Positions 52,869 to 61,610 of a stretch of DNA of 64,000 bases are shown here, one piece after another. The position numbers and the translations under genes are program-made. The stretch comes from an uncultured archaeon (GTDB taxonomy: Archaea; Nanohalarchaeota; Nanosalinia; Nanosalinales; Nanosalinaceae). The notes under the pieces are model-generated. The model searched no databases. It had not been told where the DNA came from and saw nothing but the letters and a program-made list of their open reading frames with translations. Each line of letters begins with the position of its first letter. The stretch's first letter is position 1. The stretch spans positions 76,521 through 140,520 of the forward strand of contig CAYQYU010000001.1 of NCBI GenBank assembly GCA_964421955.1, written 5' to 3'.

Positions 52869-53273
52869 ATGCCGATACAGACCGAGCCGCACCAGGCCAA
52901 GGCAGTTGGAAACGATCTCCGGGTTTCATGGAAAGACGTCACCGAGATCGGGCGCTTCGTGAAGGGCGACTCAATAGAGAAGGCGGAGAATAAGCTGGAG
53001 CGCGTGATTGAAGAAGAGCTCCCCGTACCGTTCACCAAGTTCTCGGGCGCTTCGCATAGAAGCGGTCAGGGGGAGGGACGTTACCCGAAGAAGGCCGCAG
53101 AGGAAGTTCTGGAAGTTCTCAGGAGCGCGGCCTCGAACGCAGAGAACGAGGGTCTCAACACTGATAATCTCGAGATCCAGAAGTTCATAACCAACCAGGG
53201 CTCCCGTTTCAGGACCACGAGAGGTCACAGGATAAAATCCGCACACATAAAGATAGTAGTGGGAGAAAGCTAA
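52869..53273 (+). CDS. rpl22: 50S ribosomal protein L22 (uL22)
   Basis: 134 aa. PVPF..F..........GRYPKKAA. Conserved position between rps19 and rps3. Confidence 0.9.
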   Translation: MPIQTEPHQAKAVGNDLRVSWKDVTEIGRFVKGDSIEKAENKLERVIEEELPVPFTKFSGASHRSGQGEGRYPKKAAEEVLEVLRSAASNAENEGLNTDNLEIQKFITNQGSRFRTTRGHRIKSAHIKIVVGES

Positions 53274-53274
53274 C

Positions 53275-54381
53275 ATGCAGGAGAAACAGTTTATCGACAA
53301 GGGCGCCAGGAAGGTAAGGCTTCACGAATATCTCGAAGAAGAGCTAGAGGGCGCAGGTTATTCGAAGAGCGATATTGTAAGAACCCCGACATCCACAAAG
53401 ATCGTTATCTTCGCCCAGAGACCGGGGCTAGTAATCGGTCGGGGCGGATCACGCATCAGAGAACTCACCTCCGAGATGGAAGAGAAATTCGATTTCGAGA
53501 ACCCGCAGGTCGAGGTAAACGAGATCGAGAACCCGGACGCAGACGCGGAAATAGTCGCGAAATCAATGGCTTCCTGGCTTGAGAAAGGCGGTCGAACAAA
53601 GAGAGTCGGCTACACTTACCTGAGAAGGATGAAGGAGGCAGGAGTGATCGGCGCAGAGATCGAGATCGCCGGGAAACTATCAGGTAACAGGGGTCGCACG
53701 GAAAAGTTCTCATTCGGATACGTGAAACGATGTGGAAACACCTCGAAGGAAAACGTCGCACAGGCCTACGAACTCGCGAGAACCAAGCCTGGAGCGATCG
53801 GCGTGAAGGTAAGAATAATGGAGTCGATGCCCGAGTTCAAGCACCGGGATGTCGACGTTGAGGAGGAAATCCTCCACGAGACGATCGAGCACGAGGAAGG
53901 TTTACCGCGTGACGAGAGAATCGAAATGGTCGTGGCAGAGGCCGAGAACATGACCTCCACAGGTATTGAAGACGCGATGGGAGAACTCGAGGTCGGAACA
54001 GACGACATCGAGAAGCAGGAGGTCAGGGACGTCTTTGAGGACCGTGGAGAAGAGATCCAGGAAGAAGCCGAAGAAAGAGAGCAAGAAGTAGAGACAGAAG
54101 ACGCCAAGGAGGAAAGTGACACTGAAGAAGACGAAGCAGAAGAGACTGAAGAGGAACCTGAGGCCGAGGAAGAAGAACTAGAGACCGAAGAGGAAGAGAG
54201 TGAAGAAGATACCGAAACAGCTTCCGCGGACTACGAAGAAATCCTATCCGGAACGATCAGCGACGCCAAAGACGTGCTTGAAGACCTGGAAAATCCGGAC
54301 TGGGATGCCGCGCTTGAAGCCGAGAAGGACAACAAAAATCGCACAACATTCATCGACTGGCTCGAAACCAGGATAGACTGA
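53275..54381 (+). CDS. rps3: 30S ribosomal protein S3 (uS3) with a C-terminal extension of about 160 aa, mostly acidic
   Basis: KH/S3 core (GLVIGRGGSRIRELT, GAEIEIAGKLSG) followed by a long E/D-rich tail ending DWDAALEAEKDNKNRTTFIDWLETRID. Confidence 0.93.
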   Translation: MQEKQFIDKGARKVRLHEYLEEELEGAGYSKSDIVRTPTSTKIVIFAQRPGLVIGRGGSRIRELTSEMEEKFDFENPQVEVNEIENPDADAEIVAKSMASWLEKGGRTKRVGYTYLRRMKEAGVIGAEIEIAGKLSGNRGRTEKFSFGYVKRCGNTSKENVAQAYELARTKPGAIGVKVRIMESMPEFKHRDVDVEEEILHETIEHEEGLPRDERIEMVVAEAENMTSTGIEDAMGELEVGTDDIEKQEVRDVFEDRGEEIQEEAEEREQEVETEDAKEESDTEEDEAEETEEEPEAEEEELETEEEESEEDTETASADYEEILSGTISDAKDVLEDLENPDWDAALEAEKDNKNRTTFIDWLETRID

Positions 54382-54387
54382 TTATCG

Positions 54388-54537
54388 ATGTCAAAGCACG
54401 AGAAGGTACAGATCTGGGAGAAATACAGCGACGATGGCAGCTACGAGGGCGAGAAATGTCCCCGGTGCGGTAGTTTCCTTGCAGAGCACGAGGACCGCAA
54501 AAGTTGCGGCAAATGCGGCTACACCAAGCACGGATAG
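54388..54537 (+). CDS. rps27ae: 30S ribosomal protein S27ae (eS31)
   Basis: 49-aa ORF below the track cutoff. Contains [23 protein letters not shown], the zinc ribbon typical of eS31. Confidence 0.85.
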   Translation: MSKHEKVQIWEKYSDDGSYEGEKCPRCGSFLAEHEDRKSCGKCGYTKHG

Positions 54538-54574
54538 ATTTCTCTTTTAACTCTTCCAACAGTATTTCTAGACT

Positions 54575-55555
54575 ATGAAAATCCTTGGAATTGAAAGTAC
54601 GGCCCACACGTTTGGCGTAGGAATAGTCAACGAGGAGGAAATACTCGCGAACGAAAAGTCGATGTTCGAGCCGGAAGAGGGCGGCATACACCCACGTAAG
54701 GCAGCGGAACACCACTACCAGAACGCCCTGGAGGTGCTGAAAAACGCGCTCCAGAATGCGGACCTGGAAGAGGATGATCTGGATGCTATAGCATTTTCCC
54801 AGGGACCAGGTATCCCGCAATGCCTGGATACCGGAGCTGTTGTCGCTCGATCACTCAGTATGAAGCACGAAATACCCCTTATAGGCGTAAACCACTGTCT
54901 CGCCCACATCTCTATCGGGACTAGAACCACGGGAGCAGAAGCCCCGACCACGCTCTACCTATCCGGCGGAAACTCCCAGATACTTGAGCTCAAGAACGGG
55001 CGGTACCGGATTATCGGGGAGACTCTCGACGTCGCTCTTGGAAATGCGCTTGACAAGCTAGCACGGAAAATGGGTCACCCACATCCGGGAGGACCGGAGA
55101 TAGAGAGGTTGGCGGAAGGGACTTCAGATATAGTCGAAGTCTCCTATCCCATCAAGGGGATGGACTTCTCCTTTTCCGGACTGGTCACTGAGTGTGAAAG
55201 AAAAATTAACAGTGTGGAAGAAGAGGTAATCGCGAACAGCTTCCAGGAGCACGCCTATGCCGCAGTGGTCGAGGCGCTGGAACGTGCAATGGCGCAGGAA
55301 GAATCGGATGAGGCGCTTTTGACCGGCGGCGTTGCGATGAACTCTCGGCTGAGGGAGATGGTGGAGCAGATGTGCGAGCAGCGGAATGCGGAAGCCTACT
55401 TTCCACCGAGAGAGTTCTGCATGGATAACGGCGCGATGATTGCGGAACAGGGGCGGCTGGAGCTGGAAGCTGGCAGAGAGACTCCTGTAGAAGAATCCGC
55501 AAAGAAACCGAACTGGAGACCTGACGAGGTCGAGGTAACATGGACCTGGAGCTAG
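54575..55555 (+). CDS. kae1: tRNA N6-adenosine threonylcarbamoyltransferase Kae1
   Basis: 326 aa. ILGIESTAHTFGVGIV, GVNHCLAH, LYLSGGN and FCMDNGAMI. Confidence 0.93.
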   Translation: MKILGIESTAHTFGVGIVNEEEILANEKSMFEPEEGGIHPRKAAEHHYQNALEVLKNALQNADLEEDDLDAIAFSQGPGIPQCLDTGAVVARSLSMKHEIPLIGVNHCLAHISIGTRTTGAEAPTTLYLSGGNSQILELKNGRYRIIGETLDVALGNALDKLARKMGHPHPGGPEIERLAEGTSDIVEVSYPIKGMDFSFSGLVTECERKINSVEEEVIANSFQEHAYAAVVEALERAMAQEESDEALLTGGVAMNSRLREMVEQMCEQRNAEAYFPPREFCMDNGAMIAEQGRLELEAGRETPVEESAKKPNWRPDEVEVTWTWS

Positions 55556-56130
55556 AGCAACAGATAAAGCGGGCCAGAGAAGCCCTGAAAGATGGCGGAA
55601 TGGCGATCTTCCCGACTGAGACTGCCTACGGCATAGCCGTGGACGCGATGAATCCTGGTGCGGTGGAGAAAGTCTATGAGGCCAAAGGGAGACCGCGAGA
55701 GAAAGGTCTTACAGTGATAGTTGCCAGCCTGGAGCAGGCGGAAGAGCACGCAGAGCTTTCAGACGAGGATAGGAAGGTGGTGGAAGAGTTCATGCCTGGC
55801 CCGCTGACACTTGTAGTGGAGAAGAAACCAGAGGTCCCCGATATTCTCAACGAAAAATTTGTGTTCCGGATCTCTTCCAGCAGGATCGCCAGAGAGTTGG
55901 CAAGGAACAACCCCATTACCGCAACAAGCGCCAACATTTCAGGTACGAAGACTTCTTACCGGGTCGAGGATATCGACCCAGAACTACGGGAAATGGCGGA
56001 CTACATTATCGACATCGGCGAACTCGAGCGTTCTCCCACCTCTACGATCGCAGAAGTTAATAACTCGCGTCTCGTCATTCACCGTAGAGGCCCGGTTACA
56101 CGGGAACAGCTCGAAGACGTGCTAAAATAA
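55540..56130 (+). CDS. tsaC: threonylcarbamoyl-AMP synthase, YrdC-domain-only (TsaC/Sua5 family)
   Basis: 196 aa. FPTETAYGIAVDA, KGRP..K.L and TATSANISG. Overlaps kae1 by 16 nt. Confidence 0.9.
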   Translation: MDLELEQQIKRAREALKDGGMAIFPTETAYGIAVDAMNPGAVEKVYEAKGRPREKGLTVIVASLEQAEEHAELSDEDRKVVEEFMPGPLTLVVEKKPEVPDILNEKFVFRISSSRIARELARNNPITATSANISGTKTSYRVEDIDPELREMADYIIDIGELERSPTSTIAEVNNSRLVIHRRGPVTREQLEDVLK

Positions 56131-57806
56131 TGGCTGGGACACTTGCGCTTGAACCTTTCGCACTGCTTGTAGTAGTCGCTGCTCTACTCGGGATTGTATT
56201 CCGGAAGCTGAAGCAGCCGACACTCGTAGCATACATCGTTACCGGTCTTGTGCTCGGACCAGTGGGGCTTGCGGTGGTTTCAAAGACCGGTATAATAGAG
56301 ACACTTTCAGAGCTCGGCCTGGTTTTCCTTCTCTTCCTCATAGGCCTTGAGATACAGATTGACGAAATAAAACAGATACTCAAACCCGTGACAGTAATAG
56401 CAGTTCTCCAGATGTCCTTGACCGCTTTCGTGGGCTATTTCCTGGCGCAGTTCCTCGGCTTCGGTCTTATGGAGTCTCTGATTATAGCTGCGGCCTCGAT
56501 GTTCTCCTCTACCGCGGTCGTTGTGAAGCTGCTCGCGGACAGGGACGAGATCTCGACTTTACCGGGCAAGATCGATATAGGCATACTGTTGCTTCAAGAT
56601 CTCGCGGTCGTGATAATACTCACAGTTCTGGGTACAAACGCCGCCACCCCTCTTGAGATAGGATTTAACATAGTAGAGATTGCCGCCGTGGTCGGAGCCA
56701 TAGGATCACTGTCCTACCTCTCATCTCTCTACCTTCTGCCCAGGATATTCCGGAAAATATCCGAGAACCAGCACGCCTTCTTCGTCCACGGTATCGCCTG
56801 GGCCTTCGTACTCATAACAGCTGCATCACAGTTCGGGGTCTCACAGGAGATCGGCGCATTCATCGCGGGCCTGAGTCTCGCACAGATACCCTACAGCCAG
56901 GAACTACAGGAACGGGTCCGCCCCCTGACAGATTTCCTGATGGCGGTCTTCTTCATAAACATCGGTCTCAGCCTCTCCCCGGGCTCTTTAGGGATCTACT
57001 GGCAGGAAGCCCTTATCGCCTCAGGAGTTCTTGTTGTCTCAAAGTTCGGCATAATAATGGCGCTGGTGGATCGGGCAAAATTCACGCCGGAAACCTCACT
57101 CAGGGCAAGCCTCAACATGAGCCAGATCAGCGAATTCTCCCTGATCCTGGGAGGGGTAGCAGTCGCAGAAGGCCTTGTAGGCCCTGAAATCCTGGGTTTC
57201 CTGAGCATAGTCGTCATCACAACCATGGGCGCCTCATCGTACCTCATAACGTTCAACTCACAGATCGTTGACAAGGTGGAACATCTGCTCCGGATACTGG
57301 AATCCGATGAGAAAGAGGACGTCGAGATCAGGGATCTCGAGAACCATGCCGTGGTGATCGGCTACGACAGGCTCTCACGGAAAACACTGCCCGTGCTGAA
57401 AGAGTACTTCGACGATGTAATAGTTATAGACCGGGATCCCCGGAACACTTCAGACCTTGCGGCATCAAAATACGAGTATATCTACGGGGACTTCAGGCAC
57501 TCCGAGATCAGGAAGGCCTCGGGAATAAAGGAGGCAGACCTGGTGATATGCCTGGCACCGGATAAATGGGTGAACAGGAAGGCCGCAGAAGACTCGGGAG
57601 ATGCCACACTGTTCCTGAAGGCCAGAAACATGGAGGAAGCCGCCGAACTCTACGATCTCGGAGCCCATTATGTCATAGTGAAGAACATTATAGCCGGGGA
57701 AAAAATGAGCGAGTACCTCCAGCTCTACGCCGAGGACCCCGAACTATTCAGGGAAGAGATAAGCAGAGATCTGGAGTCGATCCACTGGGGTGGTAACCTT
57801 GACTGA
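56130..57806 (+). CDS. CPA2-family cation:proton antiporter (Kef-like) with C-terminal RCK/TrkA-N domain
   Basis: 558 aa with about 11-12 TM segments (ELGLVFLLFLIGLE). The C-terminal Rossmann-like domain starts HAVVIGYDRLSRK. The ATG overlaps the tsaC TAA. Confidence 0.85.
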   Translation: MAGTLALEPFALLVVVAALLGIVFRKLKQPTLVAYIVTGLVLGPVGLAVVSKTGIIETLSELGLVFLLFLIGLEIQIDEIKQILKPVTVIAVLQMSLTAFVGYFLAQFLGFGLMESLIIAAASMFSSTAVVVKLLADRDEISTLPGKIDIGILLLQDLAVVIILTVLGTNAATPLEIGFNIVEIAAVVGAIGSLSYLSSLYLLPRIFRKISENQHAFFVHGIAWAFVLITAASQFGVSQEIGAFIAGLSLAQIPYSQELQERVRPLTDFLMAVFFINIGLSLSPGSLGIYWQEALIASGVLVVSKFGIIMALVDRAKFTPETSLRASLNMSQISEFSLILGGVAVAEGLVGPEILGFLSIVVITTMGASSYLITFNSQIVDKVEHLLRILESDEKEDVEIRDLENHAVVIGYDRLSRKTLPVLKEYFDDVIVIDRDPRNTSDLAASKYEYIYGDFRHSEIRKASGIKEADLVICLAPDKWVNRKAAEDSGDATLFLKARNMEEAAELYDLGAHYVIVKNIIAGEKMSEYLQLYAEDPELFREEISRDLESIHWGGNLD

Positions 57807-59454
57807 AATCCTCACCCTGCTTACCGCGATCTTCGTGGTTTCCTCAGTGATGATATTCGTGATGGACCGGTTGTCCCACTCTGCGCTCCCCGCCTACATA
57901 CTTGCCGGGGTGGTCATAGGAGTCTTTCTCGGGCAGAAAAGCCAGATAATTGGGCTCTCGCAGCTGGGCATAGCATTTCTGGTCTTCATATTCGGACTCA
58001 AGACAGAACCGGAGAGGATAAAATCCGTCGCCGGAGAGAGCGTCTCGACCACGGTCATACAGGTTCTGGTTATAGGAGCCACCACCTATCTCTTCGCCCA
58101 GGGACTGGGGCTGGACCTGCTGAACACTCTTTACCTCGTGATAGCGGCCTCCCTGAGTTCCTCGCTAGTCGGGCTTGAACTCGCAGAGAAAGAGATCAGG
58201 ATCGATCTGCTTCACGGGAGGCTCTCGGAATCCATACACCTCACACAGGACCTTATAGCCATAGCCGCAGTACTGGTGCTGTCGTCGGCAGTTATAACAC
58301 CTTCCGCAGCGATATCAAACCTTTTCAAGGGAGCGCTCCTGATACTTCTCGCACTGATGGTGCGCTCAACCGCATTCCCGGTAATCTCCCGGCAGGTGAG
58401 CGAGTCAACGGAACTGACAATGTTCGCGGGAATAGCATTCCTCGCCACCTTCATAGGGGCAGCTTCCATACTGGGCATATCCATAGTCGTGGGTTCTTTC
58501 GCGGCCGGGCTCGCCGTAGCACGTTTCCCCTACAACATGGAGCTGCTCGAGAACATGGGATCGCTGAAGGACTTCTTCTCAGCGATCTTCTTCGTCTCAC
58601 TCGGGGCGCTGGTAACAGTTCCGAGCATACAGGGGATTATACTCGCGATCTTCCTCATAGGAATCACCGTGGTACTCAAGCCGACCATAACCGTTCTGGC
58701 GCTCCTGATCAGCGGCTACGACCAGCGGACATCACATCTCACCGCACTGTCGCTCGACCAGGTGAGCGAATTCGGCCTGATAATCGCTATACAGGCATTC
58801 ATAGCGGGCACGATACAGACCGAACTCTTCAACGCCATAGTTCTCGCCGCGGCAGTAACAATGATTACCTCCTCCTACACCAGCAAGAACGAGGAACTCA
58901 TATACCGTATTGTCTCACGGTACAGCACAGTCGATACCAACAGGAAGAAGATCGAAAAATGGACTTCCATGGACGAAGAGCTTAATGACCACGTTATACT
59001 GATAGGCTACGACACACAGGGCAAGGAAATTGCGGAGGCCCTGAAAAAGGAAGGTCAGGAGTTCGTGATAGTTGAGAACGACCCCGAGAAGATAATGGAG
59101 GCGAAGGAAAAAGAGGAGAACTACATCTTCGGGGACGTCATGGACGAGAAAACATGGGAGATAGCAAAGGCGGAAAAGGCGAAGCTCGCAGTCTCGACAA
59201 TACCACGCCACAAGGTATCGATGAAAATACTCGTCAGGGATAAACCAGAACACAAGATACTGAGATCAGGAGAAATAGAAAAGGCGGAAGATCTCCTGCA
59301 CAAAGGCGCCCTGTACGTCGAGGTCCCGGACATCGTTGCAGCGGAAGAGCTGCTGGACCACATACGCGGAGTGATGGAGAACACCAACTACCGCGAAGAA
59401 CTCCGGAGAAGAAACCTTTTAGAGATAAGGAGATACCTTCAGTCCGAGGAGTAG
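57790..59454 (+). CDS. second CPA2-family cation:proton antiporter with RCK/TrkA-N domain (tandem paralog)
   Basis: 554 aa with the same architecture (QLGIAFLVFIFGLK; HVILIGYDTQGKE). The start is GTG 57790 or TTG 57799, either overlapping the previous gene. Confidence 0.85.
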   Translation: MVTLTEILTLLTAIFVVSSVMIFVMDRLSHSALPAYILAGVVIGVFLGQKSQIIGLSQLGIAFLVFIFGLKTEPERIKSVAGESVSTTVIQVLVIGATTYLFAQGLGLDLLNTLYLVIAASLSSSLVGLELAEKEIRIDLLHGRLSESIHLTQDLIAIAAVLVLSSAVITPSAAISNLFKGALLILLALMVRSTAFPVISRQVSESTELTMFAGIAFLATFIGAASILGISIVVGSFAAGLAVARFPYNMELLENMGSLKDFFSAIFFVSLGALVTVPSIQGIILAIFLIGITVVLKPTITVLALLISGYDQRTSHLTALSLDQVSEFGLIIAIQAFIAGTIQTELFNAIVLAAAVTMITSSYTSKNEELIYRIVSRYSTVDTNRKKIEKWTSMDEELNDHVILIGYDTQGKEIAEALKKEGQEFVIVENDPEKIMEAKEKEENYIFGDVMDEKTWEIAKAEKAKLAVSTIPRHKVSMKILVRDKPEHKILRSGEIEKAEDLLHKGALYVEVPDIVAAEELLDHIRGVMENTNYREELRRRNLLEIRRYLQSEE

Positions 59455-59457
59455 GAG

Positions 59458-60030
59458 ATGACAGAGATACAGGGCGCAGAGGCCACAGTTGAAATTGACG
59501 GAAACGTGATCAAGAAACGGCTGAGAAAGAACTACAGGCACCGCGAACTCGATGGAAGAATCAGGAAGGACAGGACCGGGAAAGAGGCCAGAATAATGAA
59601 AGAGGCACGGAAAAACGGCGCCCGCGTTCCAGAAGTGGAACAGGTCGATGACTACACCCTGGATATAGAGAAGATAGAAGGAGAACAGCTCAAAGACGTG
59701 CTGGAAGACAATATTGATGCGATGAGCGATCTCGGAAGGAACACGGCAAAGTTGCACGGCGCGGACATAATCCACGGAGACCTCACGACCAGGAACACCA
59801 TTCTATCCGACGAAATCTACCTTATCGACTTCGGTCTTGCCTCCCGGTCACAGAGGATAGAGGACCGGGCAGTCGACATACATCTCCTCAAACAGGTGCT
59901 CGAAAGTTCCCATCCGGGAGTCGCAGAGGAGGCATGGAAAAACTTCCGGGAAGGTTACCGGGAATACGAGAAGAGTGAAGAGGTCCTGGAAAGACTTGAA
60001 GAGGTTGAAAAAAGGGGTCGCTACAAGTGA
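59458..60030 (+). CDS. bud32: KEOPS kinase/ATPase Bud32
   Basis: 190 aa. GAEATV, YRHRELD..IR..RT..EAR, IIHGDLTTRN and LIDFGLA. Confidence 0.9.
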   Translation: MTEIQGAEATVEIDGNVIKKRLRKNYRHRELDGRIRKDRTGKEARIMKEARKNGARVPEVEQVDDYTLDIEKIEGEQLKDVLEDNIDAMSDLGRNTAKLHGADIIHGDLTTRNTILSDEIYLIDFGLASRSQRIEDRAVDIHLLKQVLESSHPGVAEEAWKNFREGYREYEKSEEVLERLEEVEKRGRYK

Positions 60031-60031
60031 A

Positions 60032-60853
60032 TCAGTCGGCGACCGAGCGGAAAATTCCGGAGCCGCTGGCGTCGTCGATGTAGATGGTCATATCCTCCGG
60101 CTCCGACGGGCATTCTCCACGCTCAATCGAATAGGTTCCGGAGACAGTCACGTTCTCGTCAGGTCTCGATCCCACAGTGTCATTCAGTGATAATCTCTCC
60201 ACGGTTCCTCCGCCTATAAGGTCTCGATTCCCGGGACTCATGAACACTGGTCGCGGATTATGCTCTTCTGAAATAGACAGGCAGCCCCTGAAACTGGGAA
60301 CATCAACGTTACGGGACAGTAGAAAGTCGTTCCTGATCTCGAATACACCCACCTCGAACTCCACTCCCTCAACCACTTCAACTGTCTCGTGAAGCTCCAA
60401 GCTGTACTCGGGCTGCGGACCCATCACATCGAAAACAACGAGGACTGCCAGAACAGCTATTACACCGCCAAGCAACTTCCGGGCCTGATCCTCGTCAAGA
60501 CCGTAACCCTTCGCACTTCTAGCGTATCCCAGGCCGATAAATATTGCAGAAGATGCCGCGAGAATCAGGAATACCTGCTCACTGCTGAACCCGAACCTTG
60601 CAAAGATGTAGACCAGAAAGCTGAGGTAGGAAAAGGCGGAGAAAATGTAGAAAGAAGACTTGAGTATACTCTCCCTGACGTACTCCGCGGTCCCGAGGAA
60701 CATCGCAGTGCCCGAAAGAAGTATGAAGGACTTGACTGTGGGCGAGAGATCCAGAATCAGCTCGTGACCGAAATATATTATGGCAACAACCCCCAGGAAA
60801 GCGCCCAGACCGTACAGGAGCTTTGATTCATCAATTTGGAAATCCATGGACAC
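60032..60853 (-). CDS. hypothetical integral membrane protein with C-terminal soluble domain
   Basis: 273 aa, 5 predicted N-terminal TM segments. TATA-like TATTTTAAA about 25 nt upstream of the ATG. Confidence 0.45.
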   Translation of the reverse strand: MSMDFQIDESKLLYGLGAFLGVVAIIYFGHELILDLSPTVKSFILLSGTAMFLGTAEYVRESILKSSFYIFSAFSYLSFLVYIFARFGFSSEQVFLILAASSAIFIGLGYARSAKGYGLDEDQARKLLGGVIAVLAVLVVFDVMGPQPEYSLELHETVEVVEGVEFEVGVFEIRNDFLLSRNVDVPSFRGCLSISEEHNPRPVFMSPGNRDLIGGGTVERLSLNDTVGSRPDENVTVSGTYSIERGECPSEPEDMTIYIDDASGSGIFRSVAD

Positions 60854-61025
60854 AAAATACCGGCTCTAGTTTAAAATACTCGTGGAATATCCTGGGGATG
60901 TTTAAAAAAGTTCCTCGCAACCTTGATTCTAGACCGGCAACGTCGGCAAGCTCGAAGCGAAGAACTATCTCTGAGTTATGAGGCCTTCGCTTCTCGGCGG
61001 AACCGGATCAGCAGGTGAACAAAGA

Positions 61026-61106
61026 ATGAGAACCAACTCCAGACTTGCAGTGTACAACTATTTCAAAAACAGGTTTCCAGCGGTAGCTTACGGAGGCGGA
61101 TTCTAG
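61026..61106 (+). CDS. candidate 26-codon upstream ORF coupled to rps15
   Basis: GGTGA plus 7 nt plus ATG 61026 gives MRTNSRLAVYNYFKNRFPAVAYGGGF. Its TAG (61104..61106) overlaps the rps15 GTG (61106) as TAGTG. Confidence 0.3.
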   Translation: MRTNSRLAVYNYFKNRFPAVAYGGGF

Positions 61107-61540
61107 TGGCACGCATGCACTCGCGCAACCGGGGAAGCTCTGGATCCGACAAGCCAGTATCGAAGAAAGTTCCGCGCTGGGTTGACTACGACGAGGAAGA
61201 GGTCATCGATCTTGTAGTGAAGCTCCGTGAAAAAGGCCTCGCACCGTCAGAGATTGGGCTCGAACTCCGGGATGAGTACGGAATCCCATCAGTCCGGGAA
61301 CTCACTGGAAAGAAGATAACGGAGATACTGGAGGACGAGGGAGTCAAGCCCGAACTTCCAGAGGACCTGAACAGTCTAGTTGAGAAGGCGGAATCCATCC
61401 AGGAACACCTTAAAGAAAACGAGAACGACGGTCATGCGGAGAGACAGCTGGAGCTGACCGAGGCCAAGATCAGAAGGATTGCGCAGTATCATCGCGAGAA
61501 CGGGAATATCGACGAGGACTGGAAATACGTCCGGGAATAA
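61106..61540 (+). CDS. rps15: 30S ribosomal protein S15 (uS15)
   Basis: 144 aa with a GTG start. The N-terminus (M)ARMHSRNRGSSGSDKP is typical of archaeal uS15. Confidence 0.93.
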   Translation: MARMHSRNRGSSGSDKPVSKKVPRWVDYDEEEVIDLVVKLREKGLAPSEIGLELRDEYGIPSVRELTGKKITEILEDEGVKPELPEDLNSLVEKAESIQEHLKENENDGHAERQLELTEAKIRRIAQYHRENGNIDEDWKYVRE

Positions 61541-61610
61541 TTAACTTTTCTCCGGCACTGAACAAAGGCATAAAAGATGAGACAGTTGAAACATTTTACA
61601 GTGATAGCTT

